From positions 32,001 through 96,000 of the forward strand of contig CAVWFS010000009.1 in the NCBI GenBank assembly GCA_963754315.1: a stretch of 64,000 bases of DNA. The letters run 5' to 3'. The translations under genes were made by a program, and so were the position numbers. The notes under the pieces are model-generated. The model was not told the origin of the DNA. It ran no database searches and was given only the letters and a program-made list of their open reading frames with translations. Origin of the DNA: an uncultured Candidatus Rokubacteria bacterium. GTDB lineage: Bacteria > Methylomirabilota > Methylomirabilia > Rokubacteriales > CSP1-6. Below, one piece after another: positions 49,057 to 59,644 of this stretch (the stretch's first letter is position 1; each line of letters begins with the position of its first letter).

Positions 49057-50625
49057 ACTTCTCGATACAGGATCAGCAGCACCCCAATCATCGTGAACGC
49101 GATGGGCCACAGCCGGCCTGGTACCCGATTCTCGGGCGGCGGGAGGCGCAGCTCGAGCCAGCGGGCCCAGCCAAGCAGGAGGGCCAGTACCCCGAGGGGC
49201 GCGTGCGTGATCTCGACGAGGTACTCGGCCTTGAGATTCAGGCTCGCGTGGGAGTGGGTCAGGAGAAGGGTGCCCCCGGCCACGCAGAGCAGCGGAAAGA
49301 CGAGCGCGGCGCGCGGGGAGCGCAGCCGCCCTGTCCGCACCGCCCATTCGAAGACGGCGAAGATCACCACCAGGCACACGGCAATCCGATGCTGGAGAAC
49401 AGACGGATAGGTCATGCCTTCCCAGAAGCCCTGGCGACCGAGGGGCCAGGCGCCGGGGTCGTTGCGAATAATCGAGGAAGACGGCCAGACCCAGAAAGAT
49501 GAGCGGCCAGTGACGGGCCCAGCTCCCCCAGACCGTGCGGGACATGATGGCGAGCAGACCCATGGTGAGGACGAAGAACCCCGCGGTGTGGTGGTTGTAT
49601 TCGGACCACGCGCGATCGGCGTCGGTGCGCGGGGCATCGGGGTCGTCCGCGGGCAACTCGCCGTGGGCGGGCGACACCAGCCGCGGAAGCTTCGGCGTGA
49701 AGACCTGAGCGATCTCGGGCAACGTCGCCCGATCGGCGACGACGTCCACGGCCGGGGGGATGGACGTCAGCGAGGCGGCCGCGAGGAGCACGACGATCCC
49801 AACGCCGAATTCGACCTCCACGAAGCGCCGCACACGGGCGGCGGGCACATGGTCGGGCCCGTTGAGCCGTCGGACCTCAAAAAAGTTCAGGGCGCCCAAG
49901 GTGAGCAGGCCCCCGAGGAGCACGATCTTGGTAGCCACCATCATGCCGTAGGCCGTTCCCGCCATCGCTCCGACACTGTCGACGTAGGAAAAGGTCAGCG
50001 CGGCGCCGCTCGCGACGAGCGCACACACCGCCGTCAGCGCGAGGGCAGAGAAGCGCGGCAGGAGGAGGCCAGGCCAGGTGGGGAATCGCCGTGAGAACGC
50101 GGTCAGGAGCAGGTGGAAAAGGCCGCCGATCCACACCGAGGCCGCGACCTGATGCAGGACATCGAGCAGATAGAGCAGCAGGCGGCCTTCCAGGCGCGCG
50201 GCCGCGTGGCTGGTCCCGGCCGAGAGAATTCCGAGAGCCAGCGCACAGGCGACCACCGCCACCGTGCCGAAGGCCCGATCGGGCCAGACGCGACGCAGGA
50301 ACACCCCGGCCACCGCGCCCACCGACATGACCATTCGTGCGATGCCGATGCGGAAGAAAGCGGTCTCGCTGACGTCGGCCAGCGGCCACGCCCCCGTCCC
50401 GGCCAGGGCTTTTAGCTGGACGATGAGGGCGAGGGCCTGGGCAAGCGCGATGGCGGCCGCCCCGAGCGCGACGAGGAGGAACGTGCGCTCGCGGAGGGGA
50501 CCGAGGTCGGGGCGTACGCGCACGGCTGGCCCCAGGACGACCAGCGCAAAGGCGACCCCCCCCAGGGCAACCGCCTGCGCGCAGAGGATCAGCCCGCGAA
50601 GAAGAACGTCGATGAAGCCGATCAA
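49053..50625 (-). CDS. copD: CopD-family copper resistance membrane protein; frameshift near 49475
   Basis: TSHAAAR, LHQVAASVWIGGL, RFSALAL, TAYG..TK, WSEYNHH, then (ORF 49053..49637) LQHR, LLLTHSH, WARWLE. Confidence 0.8.
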
Positions 50626-50658
50626 GAATTGCTGATGGTCGGGGGAGCGAGCGCCGCT

Positions 50659-51867
50659 TCACCCCGCCTTTCGCAGCGATGTCGGGGGCAGCGAACGCTG
50701 CACCGCATCCGCTCCCGCGTTTTTCGAGACGATGTCGGAGGCAGCCGGCGCTTCACCTTGTCGGTCGACCCAGAGCATCAACGCCAGGAAGAGCGGCGTG
50801 CCCGCCGCGGCCAACGCGATGAACCATTGCGCGCGACCGAAGGCGGACAGGATCAGGATCAGGTAGATGAAATCGCGATGGGAGAAGGCCTCGATCAGGC
50901 GCGCCATCGTGCGGTCGGCTCCGCTCAGAGCTTCCCCCGCGATGAAGCGTCGCGAGGCGAGGCTGGCGGCGCCGAGGGTGCCGGCAACGGCCAGCACTCC
51001 GAGCCCCAGCGGCCACAGAGCCTGGGCGGACAGACTCCAGCCGATCGCCATGCAGGCGAAGATGGCCTGGTGCACGAGATTGTCACCCCAAAAGTCCAGG
51101 GTGGCTCCCCCGCGCGACTCCAGGAACTTGAGTCGCGCGATCTCCCCGTCGCAGCCGTCGAGGATCGAGTGCGTGAGAAAGAGCAACGCCCCCACGAGCT
51201 GGAACCCTGGCGCCGACGAGAGGAAGAACGGCGCTCCCAGCAAGCCAACGGCCACGCTGAACAGGGTGATCATGTTCGGGGTTACCGGCGTCCGAACCAA
51301 CCAGCGGGTGAGCCCGAGGGACAGACGCCGCTCGAAATGTCGCGACATGAAGCCCTCGTTCGCCTTGACGAGACTCCGCAGCAGCCACTTCTCCGCGGTC
51401 TTGACGTCGGCGGGACCGTTGATCACGAAGCGTCCGCTGGGGGCCACCGACCCGGCGACGATCGGCAAGGTGCCCGCCAGCTCGGCCAAGGCCTCGTCAG
51501 TCGTTGCGCAGCCAAGCGCAGTCTTGAGGACACGCCCGGGATCCTCCGTCTCCACCACCACCGTCCCGGACGTATCGCGATGGATGGTGTCCTGGGGCAA
51601 GAGCATCTCGAGCAGTTCGCGCAGCCATCGGGTTTGAGGGACGACATTGGCGGGGAGCAGGACGACGCGGCTTCGCGCGGGGCGTGAGCCCTGCAGCTCG
51701 TCGGGAGTGCCGACACGGTCGAATCCCGCCCGTAACCCGGCAAGGACGGCGCGCCGGCGCAGCGCCACCCCCAGCACCACCGTGTCACCCGAGACCGGAG
51801 CCGACGTGACAGCCGGCGGCATGATCACGAGCAAGCTCTCGGTGGGAGCGACCGCGGCAGGATTCAC
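50659..51867 (-). CDS. CDP-alcohol phosphatidyltransferase with N-terminal degenerate domain
   Basis: VTPNMIT, DGCDGEIARLK...GATLDFWGD signature. Confidence 0.9.
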   Translation of the reverse strand: MNPAAVAPTESLLVIMPPAVTSAPVSGDTVVLGVALRRRAVLAGLRAGFDRVGTPDELQGSRPARSRVVLLPANVVPQTRWLRELLEMLLPQDTIHRDTSGTVVVETEDPGRVLKTALGCATTDEALAELAGTLPIVAGSVAPSGRFVINGPADVKTAEKWLLRSLVKANEGFMSRHFERRLSLGLTRWLVRTPVTPNMITLFSVAVGLLGAPFFLSSAPGFQLVGALLFLTHSILDGCDGEIARLKFLESRGGATLDFWGDNLVHQAIFACMAIGWSLSAQALWPLGLGVLAVAGTLGAASLASRRFIAGEALSGADRTMARLIEAFSHRDFIYLILILSAFGRAQWFIALAAAGTPLFLALMLWVDRQGEAPAASDIVSKNAGADAVQRSLPPTSLRKAG

Positions 51868-52889
51868 TCTCGCACCTCCACCCGAACTGGACGTCCTCCC
51901 AGGCGGTCCGAGATGCGAGCGGCACTCTCGAGGGCTACACACCACGACGCCGCGTCAAGGTTGGAGGCCTCAGGATTGCCGGCGGCGAAGGCTCCCACGA
52001 ACTCGGCGGTCACCGCGTCAAACCAGTCCGGGTGCTGGGAGCCATCGGACAACGCAGGCGGGCAGTGCCAGCGGCGCTCGTCGCCGGTGCGACGTGACTG
52101 AACCACGATGGTGTCGTCGAGAAGCTGCAGCACACCATCGACACCGCTCACCTCGGCCCAGTTCCGCCGCGAATCGGAGGCCCAGGTGAGGAAGAGGTCA
52201 GCCTTGGCGGCGGGGAACGTGACCTGGACGCTCGCGGTATCCTCCACGGCGAACGCCTGATGGCGGCGCGTTTCCAGCGCGGCACTGACCGCCACTGGCG
52301 CCTGTCCGACCCATCCCTGGACGATGTAGAAGACGTGCCAGCCGTGGTCGGTGAGCACGCCACCGCCAGCCACGGCGGGGTCGACGCGCCAGTTGGTGTC
52401 GGTATCGACGGTTGCCGCCGGGCGGGCCCGAAGCGTGTGCCAAACCACCGAGGTGACGTCCCCCACGGCGCCCGCCTCGATCAGCTCGCGTGTACGCCGC
52501 ACGATGGGCGCGTGATTCCAGTTGTGCACGGTGTGCAGAATCCGCCGTCCCTCCCGCGCCACACGGGTCAACTGCCGTAATTCGTCTTGTGAGCCTACGA
52601 GCGGTTTCTCGCAGAGTACGTGCAGACCGCGCTCGAGAGCCCTCTGGGCCAGCGCGGCATGGCTGGACGGGGGCGTGCAGATGTCGACGAAATCCAGAGC
52701 CTCGCTCGCCAGAAGGGTTTCGGCCGAGTCGTACCAGCGCGCGCGCGGCAGTTCGGCCGCTGCCGCCGCGCGTCGCCACGGACGTGTGTCGGCTACCGCA
52801 ACGATCTCGACGTCTCGCCGCCGCGTCCAGCCGGGAAGGTGACCGTGGAGGGCGACGTTGCCGAAGCCGATGAGGGCGCCGCGCCACAT
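51864..52889 (-). CDS. Gfo/Idh/MocA-family oxidoreductase
   Basis: LIGFGNVA, VDICTPPSSH, HVLCEKP, GGGVLTDHGWH. Confidence 0.92.
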   Translation of the reverse strand: MWRGALIGFGNVALHGHLPGWTRRRDVEIVAVADTRPWRRAAAAAELPRARWYDSAETLLASEALDFVDICTPPSSHAALAQRALERGLHVLCEKPLVGSQDELRQLTRVAREGRRILHTVHNWNHAPIVRRTRELIEAGAVGDVTSVVWHTLRARPAATVDTDTNWRVDPAVAGGGVLTDHGWHVFYIVQGWVGQAPVAVSAALETRRHQAFAVEDTASVQVTFPAAKADLFLTWASDSRRNWAEVSGVDGVLQLLDDTIVVQSRRTGDERRWHCPPALSDGSQHPDWFDAVTAEFVGAFAAGNPEASNLDAASWCVALESAARISDRLGGRPVRVEVRE

Positions 52890-52890
52890 G

Positions 52891-54219
52891 TTACGAGAGC
52901 CCGTGTTCGCGCAGGACGACCTCGAGTGCGTCGTCGAGGATGGCCAGCCCGGCCAACGCCGTCTCCTCGGTGATGACGAGGGGAGGATTGATCCGGATGG
53001 GCGTGGTGTAGGACATGGTGGCCAGGCCGCGACGGAGACATTCCTGATACAGAGCCTGGGTGACCACCTTCGGGACCGGCTCCCTGGTTTTCGGATCACG
53101 CACCAGCTCGATCCCCAGCAGGAGGCCCTTACCCCGGACCTCGCCCACGCACCGATACTTCTCCTTCAACGCTTCCAGGCGGGTGAGCATCGCTCGTCCG
53201 ACGCGCTCCGAGTTCTTGACGAGATCCTCTCGGAGGATGATCTCGAGGGAGGCGAGACCGGCGGCCGCCGCCAGGGGATTCCCGCCATAGCTCGAGGAGC
53301 TATAGCTCGGGTTGGACCACGGTTTGGCGGCCGTGATGGTATCCGTGGAGATCACGGCGCTGAGGGGGAAACCGCCTCCGATGCCCTTGCCGACGGTCAT
53401 GATATCGGGCACGACACCGTCGTGCTCGGCGCCCCACAGAAGGCCCGTACGGCCGAACCCGGTGATCATCTCATCCGCGATGAGAAGGGCATCATGCTCA
53501 CGCGCGATTGCCTGCACGGCGCGTAAGAAGCCTTCGGGTGGGACCACGTTGCCGGCCGTACCCTGGATGGGCTCCACGATGATGGCGGCGATGTCGCCCG
53601 AGGTCTGGTGCCTGATCACGTCGCGGATGTAGTCGGCGCACGCGATACCGCACTCCGGGTAGCGGAGCCGAAGGGGACAGCGGTAGCAATCGGCATAGGG
53701 GGTGAGGTGGTGACCAGGCATGAACGGGCCCTGATGGTGCTTGAAATCGCTTCCGAGCAAAGGCAACACCCCGCTCGTCTTGCCGTGAAAACCGCCCCAG
53801 AACGCGAGCACCTCGTGCTTGCCCGTGGCCGCCTTGGCCAGACGCAGCGCGGCCTCCACCGCCTCCGCACCTCCGGAGAACATCTGAATGCGGGTGAGAC
53901 CCTCGGGGGTCACGCTGGCCAGGAGCTCGAGGAACTTCGCCCGCGTTTGAGTGGTGAAGCTCCCGAAGGTGAGCCGTTGCACTTGCTCGATGAGCGCCGC
54001 CACGTAATGAGGATGGCAGTGGCCGACGCTGCCCACGGCGATGCCGGCGATGAAGTCGATGTAGGTGTTGCCATCTTCGTCGATGAGCGTGCAGCCCTCG
54101 CCGCGGGCCATGGCCAGACCCGCATACTGCGCGAAACCTTGCAGGCCGGGGGCGATATGTCGTCGCTCCTGCGCGACCACCGCCTTCGAGCGCGGGCCGA
54201 CTTCGCGCCGCTCGCTCAT
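52891..54219 (-). CDS. Class III PLP aminotransferase
   Basis: GGAEAVEAA, GGFHGKT, IVEPIQG, LIADEMITGFGRTG, PDIMTVGKGIGGG. Confidence 0.95.
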   Translation of the reverse strand: MSERREVGPRSKAVVAQERRHIAPGLQGFAQYAGLAMARGEGCTLIDEDGNTYIDFIAGIAVGSVGHCHPHYVAALIEQVQRLTFGSFTTQTRAKFLELLASVTPEGLTRIQMFSGGAEAVEAALRLAKAATGKHEVLAFWGGFHGKTSGVLPLLGSDFKHHQGPFMPGHHLTPYADCYRCPLRLRYPECGIACADYIRDVIRHQTSGDIAAIIVEPIQGTAGNVVPPEGFLRAVQAIAREHDALLIADEMITGFGRTGLLWGAEHDGVVPDIMTVGKGIGGGFPLSAVISTDTITAAKPWSNPSYSSSSYGGNPLAAAAGLASLEIILREDLVKNSERVGRAMLTRLEALKEKYRCVGEVRGKGLLLGIELVRDPKTREPVPKVVTQALYQECLRRGLATMSYTTPIRINPPLVITEETALAGLAILDDALEVVLREHGLS

Positions 54220-55052
54220 CGGTTCTCCCGCGCGAAGCGCAGGGCGAGGTAGCTGGCGATGGCAGCGGCCGCCTCGTCACGGTACAGGGCGAAGCTCGGC
54301 CACGCATTGAGGTCGAGGAGCACCAGCTGTCCATCGGCGGTCGCGATGGCGTCCCCGCCGTACACCTCGAGACCGAGGGCGGCAGCGGCCGCGCGGGCCA
54401 GTCGGCCGAGCCGCCCTGGATCCAGCGGATGTCCGGCCAAGGTCTGATCCTTGTGGTAGAACCAGCGAAACCAGCCCGGCCCCGAGCGCGCGGCCCCGGT
54501 GCCAATGCCGTAAAATTTCACCAGATCGCCGGTGACGTGGGGCTGGATGACCGCCCGCGCGATTCCGCGGGCGGCGAGCGCGGCCATCGCGTCAGCTACC
54601 GCGCGCGGGGAGTCGGCGTGAACCACGTCGCCTTCTTGCGTGTTGTGCACGTCGGCTCGCTTGATCCAAACCGGCGAGGTGACGACGGGAGGCATGACCT
54701 CGGTGGACACCAGACGGCTCTCGATGAAGGGGACGTTCGCCTCCTGAAAATACTCGATCATCCGGCTGCGGTACGTATTCAATACGGCGCGCGGACTGTT
54801 GACATGGGCGACGCCATTGGCCTCCCAGGTGGCCAGCAGCGCGAGCACGTCGACCCGTTCACACATGAGGAAGACATGATCGGGAGGGCGCTCGGCGTCG
54901 GGGGTCAGCTCCTCCGGCCCCTTCAGCACGACCGCAAACCCCCGGGCCTCGAGCTCCTTGCCGGTGAGTCGTAAGATCTCCGCGTCGTCGCACTCCCGGC
55001 CCGGCGAATGCGCCCGCTCGCGAAACAGGCCCCAGCATCGGGACTCCCTCAC
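54216..55052 (-). CDS. ATP-grasp-fold protein
   Basis: HSPG, WIKRADVH, IQPHVTGDLVKFY, LGLEVYGGDAI, DLNAWPSF. Confidence 0.75.
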   Translation of the reverse strand: MRESRCWGLFRERAHSPGRECDDAEILRLTGKELEARGFAVVLKGPEELTPDAERPPDHVFLMCERVDVLALLATWEANGVAHVNSPRAVLNTYRSRMIEYFQEANVPFIESRLVSTEVMPPVVTSPVWIKRADVHNTQEGDVVHADSPRAVADAMAALAARGIARAVIQPHVTGDLVKFYGIGTGAARSGPGWFRWFYHKDQTLAGHPLDPGRLGRLARAAAAALGLEVYGGDAIATADGQLVLLDLNAWPSFALYRDEAAAAIASYLALRFARENR

Positions 55053-55065
55053 CCTCGCACCTCCC

Positions 55066-55776
55066 TCACACGCTCTGGGACGCCTGACTGAGCGACTCGG
55101 CCAAGGTCACGTCGCACGCGCGATCCACGTCGACGACCGTTTGCATCGTTTCCGCGTACACGGGGTCGCCGCGCTCGACGAGCCACGCGAGGAAATCGCG
55201 CAGCCGTTCGAGGCCCCTCGGGGGAGCCTGCCGACGACGCGCTTCCGGGATCAGGTAGAGCCCCGCCGTCACCACGTCGCCCGTCCGTTCGCCCAACCGG
55301 TGCACGCGGCCACCGTCACCGAGGGTGACCCACAAGGGGTTTTCGTCGGCGACGAGCGGGGTGACGGCAAGAACAGTGGCCGCCGGCGGCCGCGCGGTGG
55401 CTGCGGCCACGAAGCGGACGAAGTCAGCGGGGTGACACCAGGCGTCGACGGTGGAGATCAGCATGGCGCCGGGGGTGTCGTCGGCCGCGACCTCGGCAAA
55501 GCTCTCCAGGGAGGAGCCGGTGGTCTTGACGATGAAGCGAAGGTCGAGGTCGGGGAAGCGCGCCCGGCTCCACTCCACACAGTCCCGCCCGCGCTCGTTG
55601 ACGATGATGGTCACCGGCTCGATCTCGGCCGCCCGGAAGTTTCCGATGACTCTCTCGAGCAGGGGAACGCCGGCCACGGGCACCAGAGGCTTCGGCATTG
55701 GCCATCCGTCGGCGCGCAAACGTCTGCCCTCACCGGCGGCGATGATACCGCCCGTCAGCCTTCTTCCCCGCCTCAC
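55066..55776 (-). CDS. Nucleotidyltransferase (NTP transferase family)
   Basis: IIAAGEGRRL...PKPLVPVAG, STVD, VDVDRACD. Confidence 0.9.
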   Translation of the reverse strand: MRRGRRLTGGIIAAGEGRRLRADGWPMPKPLVPVAGVPLLERVIGNFRAAEIEPVTIIVNERGRDCVEWSRARFPDLDLRFIVKTTGSSLESFAEVAADDTPGAMLISTVDAWCHPADFVRFVAAATARPPAATVLAVTPLVADENPLWVTLGDGGRVHRLGERTGDVVTAGLYLIPEARRRQAPPRGLERLRDFLAWLVERGDPVYAETMQTVVDVDRACDVTLAESLSQASQSV

Positions 55777-56447
55777 TCCAGTACGTCCTCCAGTTCCTTC
55801 AACGTCCGGATCGTCCGGTCACCCGCGCAGCACACCGACCCGCTCGCCTCACCGGACAACCAGACGTGCGGCATCCCCGCGGCACGGGCGCCGGCCATGT
55901 CGCGCGCCAGGGAATCTCCGACAAATGTCGCCTCGGCGGGCGAGACTCGCAGCCCCTCCACCGCGCGTCGGAAGATGCGCGGATCGGGCTTGGTGCACCC
56001 GGCCCACACAGAGTCGACGATGATCCCGAAGAACGGCCGGACTCCGACATCATCGCACACCGTCACCAGGTTGCCGTAGAAGTTGGACACGACGCCGAGC
56101 CGGAAGCGCCCGGCCAGGCGAGCCAAAAGCGGAAAGTTCTGATGGGCGCTGGCCATCGTGTCGTCGACAAAGGCGGTCGTGACCCGCTCGGTCAGGCCCT
56201 CCTCCTCGGCGCCATGGAGCCGGCGCGTGACCCCGGCCGCTACCCGGCGCACGGTGTCCCGGAAGGGGAGGGTGCTCGGGATGACGCCGACGAGGGCGTC
56301 GTCGGCCGCGTAGAAGATGGGGTCGAAGAGCTCGAGCGAGATGTCGATCCCCTCTGCACAATAGAGCCGGAAGAATCGTTCCTTCCATGGCACTCCGTCG
56401 GCATCCAAGGTGCCTCCGAAGTCGAACAGGACTGCCGCCTGTGTGAT
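55773..56447 (-). CDS. HAD-family hydrolase (DxGGT variant); start uncertain (ATC after AGGGAG RBS)
   Basis: LFDFGGTLDADG, VVSNFYGN, KPDPRIF, FVGDSLARD. Confidence 0.88.
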   Translation of the reverse strand: MTQAAVLFDFGGTLDADGVPWKERFFRLYCAEGIDISLELFDPIFYAADDALVGVIPSTLPFRDTVRRVAAGVTRRLHGAEEEGLTERVTTAFVDDTMASAHQNFPLLARLAGRFRLGVVSNFYGNLVTVCDDVGVRPFFGIIVDSVWAGCTKPDPRIFRRAVEGLRVSPAEATFVGDSLARDMAGARAAGMPHVWLSGEASGSVCCAGDRTIRTLKELEDVLE

Positions 56448-56552
56448 CGTTCTACTCCCTGGAGCGGCCTCGAGCCAGCCACCCCAAAATTGTGTGACAC
56501 AATGACATGATACCGAAAATATGCGCGCGGGCGAGCCGAACAACGCGGTGCG

Positions 56553-56640
56553 TTAGCGGCCCTGCCAGTTCGGCTTACGCTTGTCGAGAAAGGCCCGGAC
56601 GCCTTCCTGAAAGTCGCTGCTCACGTGGCAGGAGAAAAAT
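56553..56640 (-). pseudogene. 3' remnant of an enoyl-CoA hydratase gene
   Basis: Hand translation SSDFQEGVRAFLDKRKPNWQGR*, a typical crotonase C-terminus with no upstream body. Confidence 0.7.
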
Positions 56641-56665
56641 CTCGAGCCCTGGCAGCGCGACCACC

Positions 56666-56723
56666 GTGACCGGTGAACCGGTCACACCATACAATTGACG
56701 CTCCCGGAGCAAGCGGCTAGGCT
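56666..56723 (+). promoter_or_regulatory. Inverted-repeat operator plus sigma70-type promoter
   Basis: GTGACCGGT-GA-ACCGGTCAC (56666-56685), then TTGACG-17 nt-TAGGCT before ATG 56736. Confidence 0.55.
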
Positions 56724-56735
56724 GGTGCGCACGCC

Positions 56736-57104
56736 ATGAGGGCCACGTCATTTCGGCTGATCGTGATGGCGGCCGCGCTCGTCGTGGTCGCCGTCGGTTT
56801 TGTTCAGGCTCAGGAAGCGTTCCGAGTCACGTTCGAAGTCGACCGGACCAATCCCGAGCAGGCCCAGGTCGCGGGCACTGTCTCGAACGAGTCCGCCCAG
56901 GAGATGCTCGACGTGTCGGTGACGGCCGAGGCGCTCGACGCACGGGGCAAGGTCGTGGCGCGCGGCATCACCTACGTGACCCCGCGCATTCCAGGGCGGG
57001 GCAGCGTGCCATTTGTGGCCAAGGTGCCCAACGTTCCCAGCGCGGTCCGCTATCGCGCATCTGTGAGCTCGTTTCGACCCGGCATGAGCTCCCAGGCACC
57101 GTAG
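56736..57104 (+). CDS. Secreted Ig-like (FxLYD-type) protein
   Basis: Signal peptide; VAGTVSNES, VSVTAEALDARGKVV. Confidence 0.7.
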   Translation: MRATSFRLIVMAAALVVVAVGFVQAQEAFRVTFEVDRTNPEQAQVAGTVSNESAQEMLDVSVTAEALDARGKVVARGITYVTPRIPGRGSVPFVAKVPNVPSAVRYRASVSSFRPGMSSQAP

Positions 57105-57119
57105 TCAGCGGCCCCCGCG

Positions 57120-57944
57120 GTGGCGCTCCTCGAGCGGCATGTCGTCTTCATCACGGGGGCGTCCTCCGGGATCGGGGCTGCCCTCGGCCGCGAGTTCGCG
57201 CGTCAGGGGGCGGATGTCGCCCTCGCGGCCCGCCGCGCGGAGCGCCTGGAGGCGCTGGCGGCTGAGATCCGGGCCCGGGGCCGCCGCGCGCTCGCCCTGG
57301 CCTGTGACGTCACCAAGGATGGCGACCTCGAGGGCGCTGTCGCTCGCACGCGCCAAGAGCTGGGGCCCATCGATATTCTCGTCGCCAATGCGGGATTCGG
57401 CGTCCGCGGGGCCGTCGAGCGTCTCACGCTCGACGACTATCGCCGTCAGCTGGAGACGAACGTGTTTGGCGTCCTCCGGACGATATACGCCGGCCTGGAG
57501 GATCTCAAGCGCACGCGCGGCCGCCTCGTTCTCATGGGTAGCGTGAACGCCTACCTGGCGTTCGCGGGCAGCTCGCCGTACAGCATGAGCAAGTTCGCCC
57601 TACGCGCCCTCGCTGACTCCCTCCGCCACGAGCTGGCCGCGTCCGGCGTCAGCGTGACGCTCATTAACCCCGGTTTGGTCGAGTCGGAGATCCACCAGGT
57701 GGACAACCGGGGAGTTTGGCATCCGGAGGCGAAGAGTCCGGCTCCGGACTGGCTCCGGATGCGGACCGATCGCGCTGCCCGCCAGATCGTCCGCGCGGTG
57801 TGGCAGCGCCGGTCCGAGCGCGCGGTCACCGTCCATGGAAAGCTCGCCGTCTTCTTCCAGCGTCACGCCCCCTGGCTGATCGCGAGGGCTGTCCGCGCGT
57901 TCGGGATCCGAGGACGCCAGCCCCCTGCGGCGAGGAGCGCATAG
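57120..57944 (+). CDS. SDR family oxidoreductase
   Basis: TGASSGIG, VANAG, YSMSK. Confidence 0.92.
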   Translation: MALLERHVVFITGASSGIGAALGREFARQGADVALAARRAERLEALAAEIRARGRRALALACDVTKDGDLEGAVARTRQELGPIDILVANAGFGVRGAVERLTLDDYRRQLETNVFGVLRTIYAGLEDLKRTRGRLVLMGSVNAYLAFAGSSPYSMSKFALRALADSLRHELAASGVSVTLINPGLVESEIHQVDNRGVWHPEAKSPAPDWLRMRTDRAARQIVRAVWQRRSERAVTVHGKLAVFFQRHAPWLIARAVRAFGIRGRQPPAARSA

Positions 57945-57960
57945 TATACTGATGGCCGCT

Positions 57961-58039
57961 GACCCCGTCGTCTAGCCTGGCCCAGGACGCAACCCTTTCA
58001 AGGTTGAGACCGCGGGTTCGAATCCCGCCGGGGTCACCA
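57961..58039 (+). tRNA. tRNA-Glu (anticodon TTC)
   Basis: Acceptor GACCCCG/CGGGGTC, anticodon arm CAACC-CTTTCAA-GGTTG, T arm GCGGG-TTCGAAT-CCCGC, encoded CCA; TATACT -10 box at 57945. Confidence 0.97.
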
Positions 58040-58458
58040 GAAAAACTCCTGAAAAACCCGTGGTTTCCCGCACAGTTGGCGACCACGGGTTCTCCCTCCG
58101 AATCAGGCGTTTTAGTCCCCTTTAGACCCCGAAACGGTATCGGATTCGTATCGTGTCTAGACAACTTTTGGTGCCCACGCTGGGCGCCGCCGTTGTTCGT
58201 GTGGTACCGTCGCCGTTCGCGGGCCTAGGGTAGCTCCCAAACGCCGACAATCCTGACCGGCCTGGCCCGCGTGTTCCTTGTCAGGGGCTCTCTGTTAGGA
58301 GGAGCCATGGCCAGCACACGCTGTCCGATCCACGCGCGCGTCCTGCTGTGTCCCGCGCGTTTCGGATCCAGAGGCGGCAGGACTGTCACGCCGGCCAAGC
58401 TGGCCGCCCTCGTCCGCGCCCGCCAGGCGCTCCACGCCAAGCCCGCCGATGCCCCGAA

Positions 58459-59607
58459 ATGAGTGTCCAGCGGATCCGCAATCACGGCGTGTGGGTCTAC
58501 CGGGCGCGCGTGAGCTACCAGGGACGCCGCCGGGCCGCGAACCGCACCACGCGAGAAGCGGCGCGCCTGGCGGAAGCGGAGCTGCTGCGCGAGCTGAAAG
58601 CGGATGCCGTCGCCGCCCAGGCGCCGACCGCGCCGCGGCCGGCGACCTTGCGCCAGGTCCTGGAAGTCTACGTGGACGGGCTGGCGGATCGCGGGAAGAG
58701 CCCCGACACCATCCGTGGCCGTGGGCGCCTGCCACACCATCGAACGACTGACGCCGGCGCTGCTGGACAAGCCCGTGTCCCAGATCACGGAGGCGGATAT
58801 CTTCGCGTTCCGCCGCGCGCGCGTGGAGCAGTCCGCCACCGCCGTCCGATCTACGGGCGGAAGCGGCCGCGTTGCGCGGGAAGGGGGAGCGCGAGAAAGC
58901 CAAGCAGGGGGAACAGGCGGCGAAGGCCGCGGAGAAAGCCGGGACGAAACCCAGCACGATCAATCGGGATCTGCGGACGCTGCGCGCGGCGCTCAAACGT
59001 GCGATCCCCGGCTATCGGTTTCCGGCCGGCGTGTTTTTCCCGGAGGACGAGACGCGCGTTCGCTGGCTGCGCCGGAGGAAGCTGGTGCTCGAACGATGCG
59101 ATCCGTTCCGCGAAATCGCCCAGCTGGCCGCGCTGACGCTGATGCGCTGTCCGAAGTCCGGACCTACGCCTGGAGGACGTGTTTCTGGACCAGGGCGTGG
59201 TGATGCTGCCGCGCGCGAAGGAAGGGCCACGCCCAGTGATCCCGAGCGACCGCGCCCAGGAGCTGCTCCGCGTCCAGCTCGCCGGCCACAATTCGTCGTG
59301 GGTGTTCCCGAACGCGGAGGGCCACCCGTATGCCCGCGCTTACGTGGGACGTGTGTTCCGCCAGGCGGCGCGCGCGGCTGGGTTGAAGGACTTCACGTTC
59401 CACGATCTACGCCACCACGGTTCCAGGATGGCGCTGAACGCCGGATTCACGACGCAGATCCTGATGGCCCTGGGCGGCTGGAAAACAGAACGCATGATCC
59501 GCAGATATGCTTCCGTGACGGATCCCACCTTGCGCGCCGTGGCGAGCGCCGTCGCTGGCGCGCCGACTGCGGCGCCGTGGCAGGAGCCGCGGAAGGCATA
59601 TCCGTAA
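58459..59607 (+). mobile_element. Tyrosine recombinase/integrase, multiply frameshifted
   Basis: N-terminal arm-binding-like VWVYRARVSYQGRR; KPSTINRDLRTLRAAL; FTFHDLRH, LGGWKT, MIRRYA; directly 3' of a tRNA. Confidence 0.88.
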
Positions 59608-59644
59608 GACCAGCTGCTCCCAAACCGCACAAGGAGGGTCGAAG

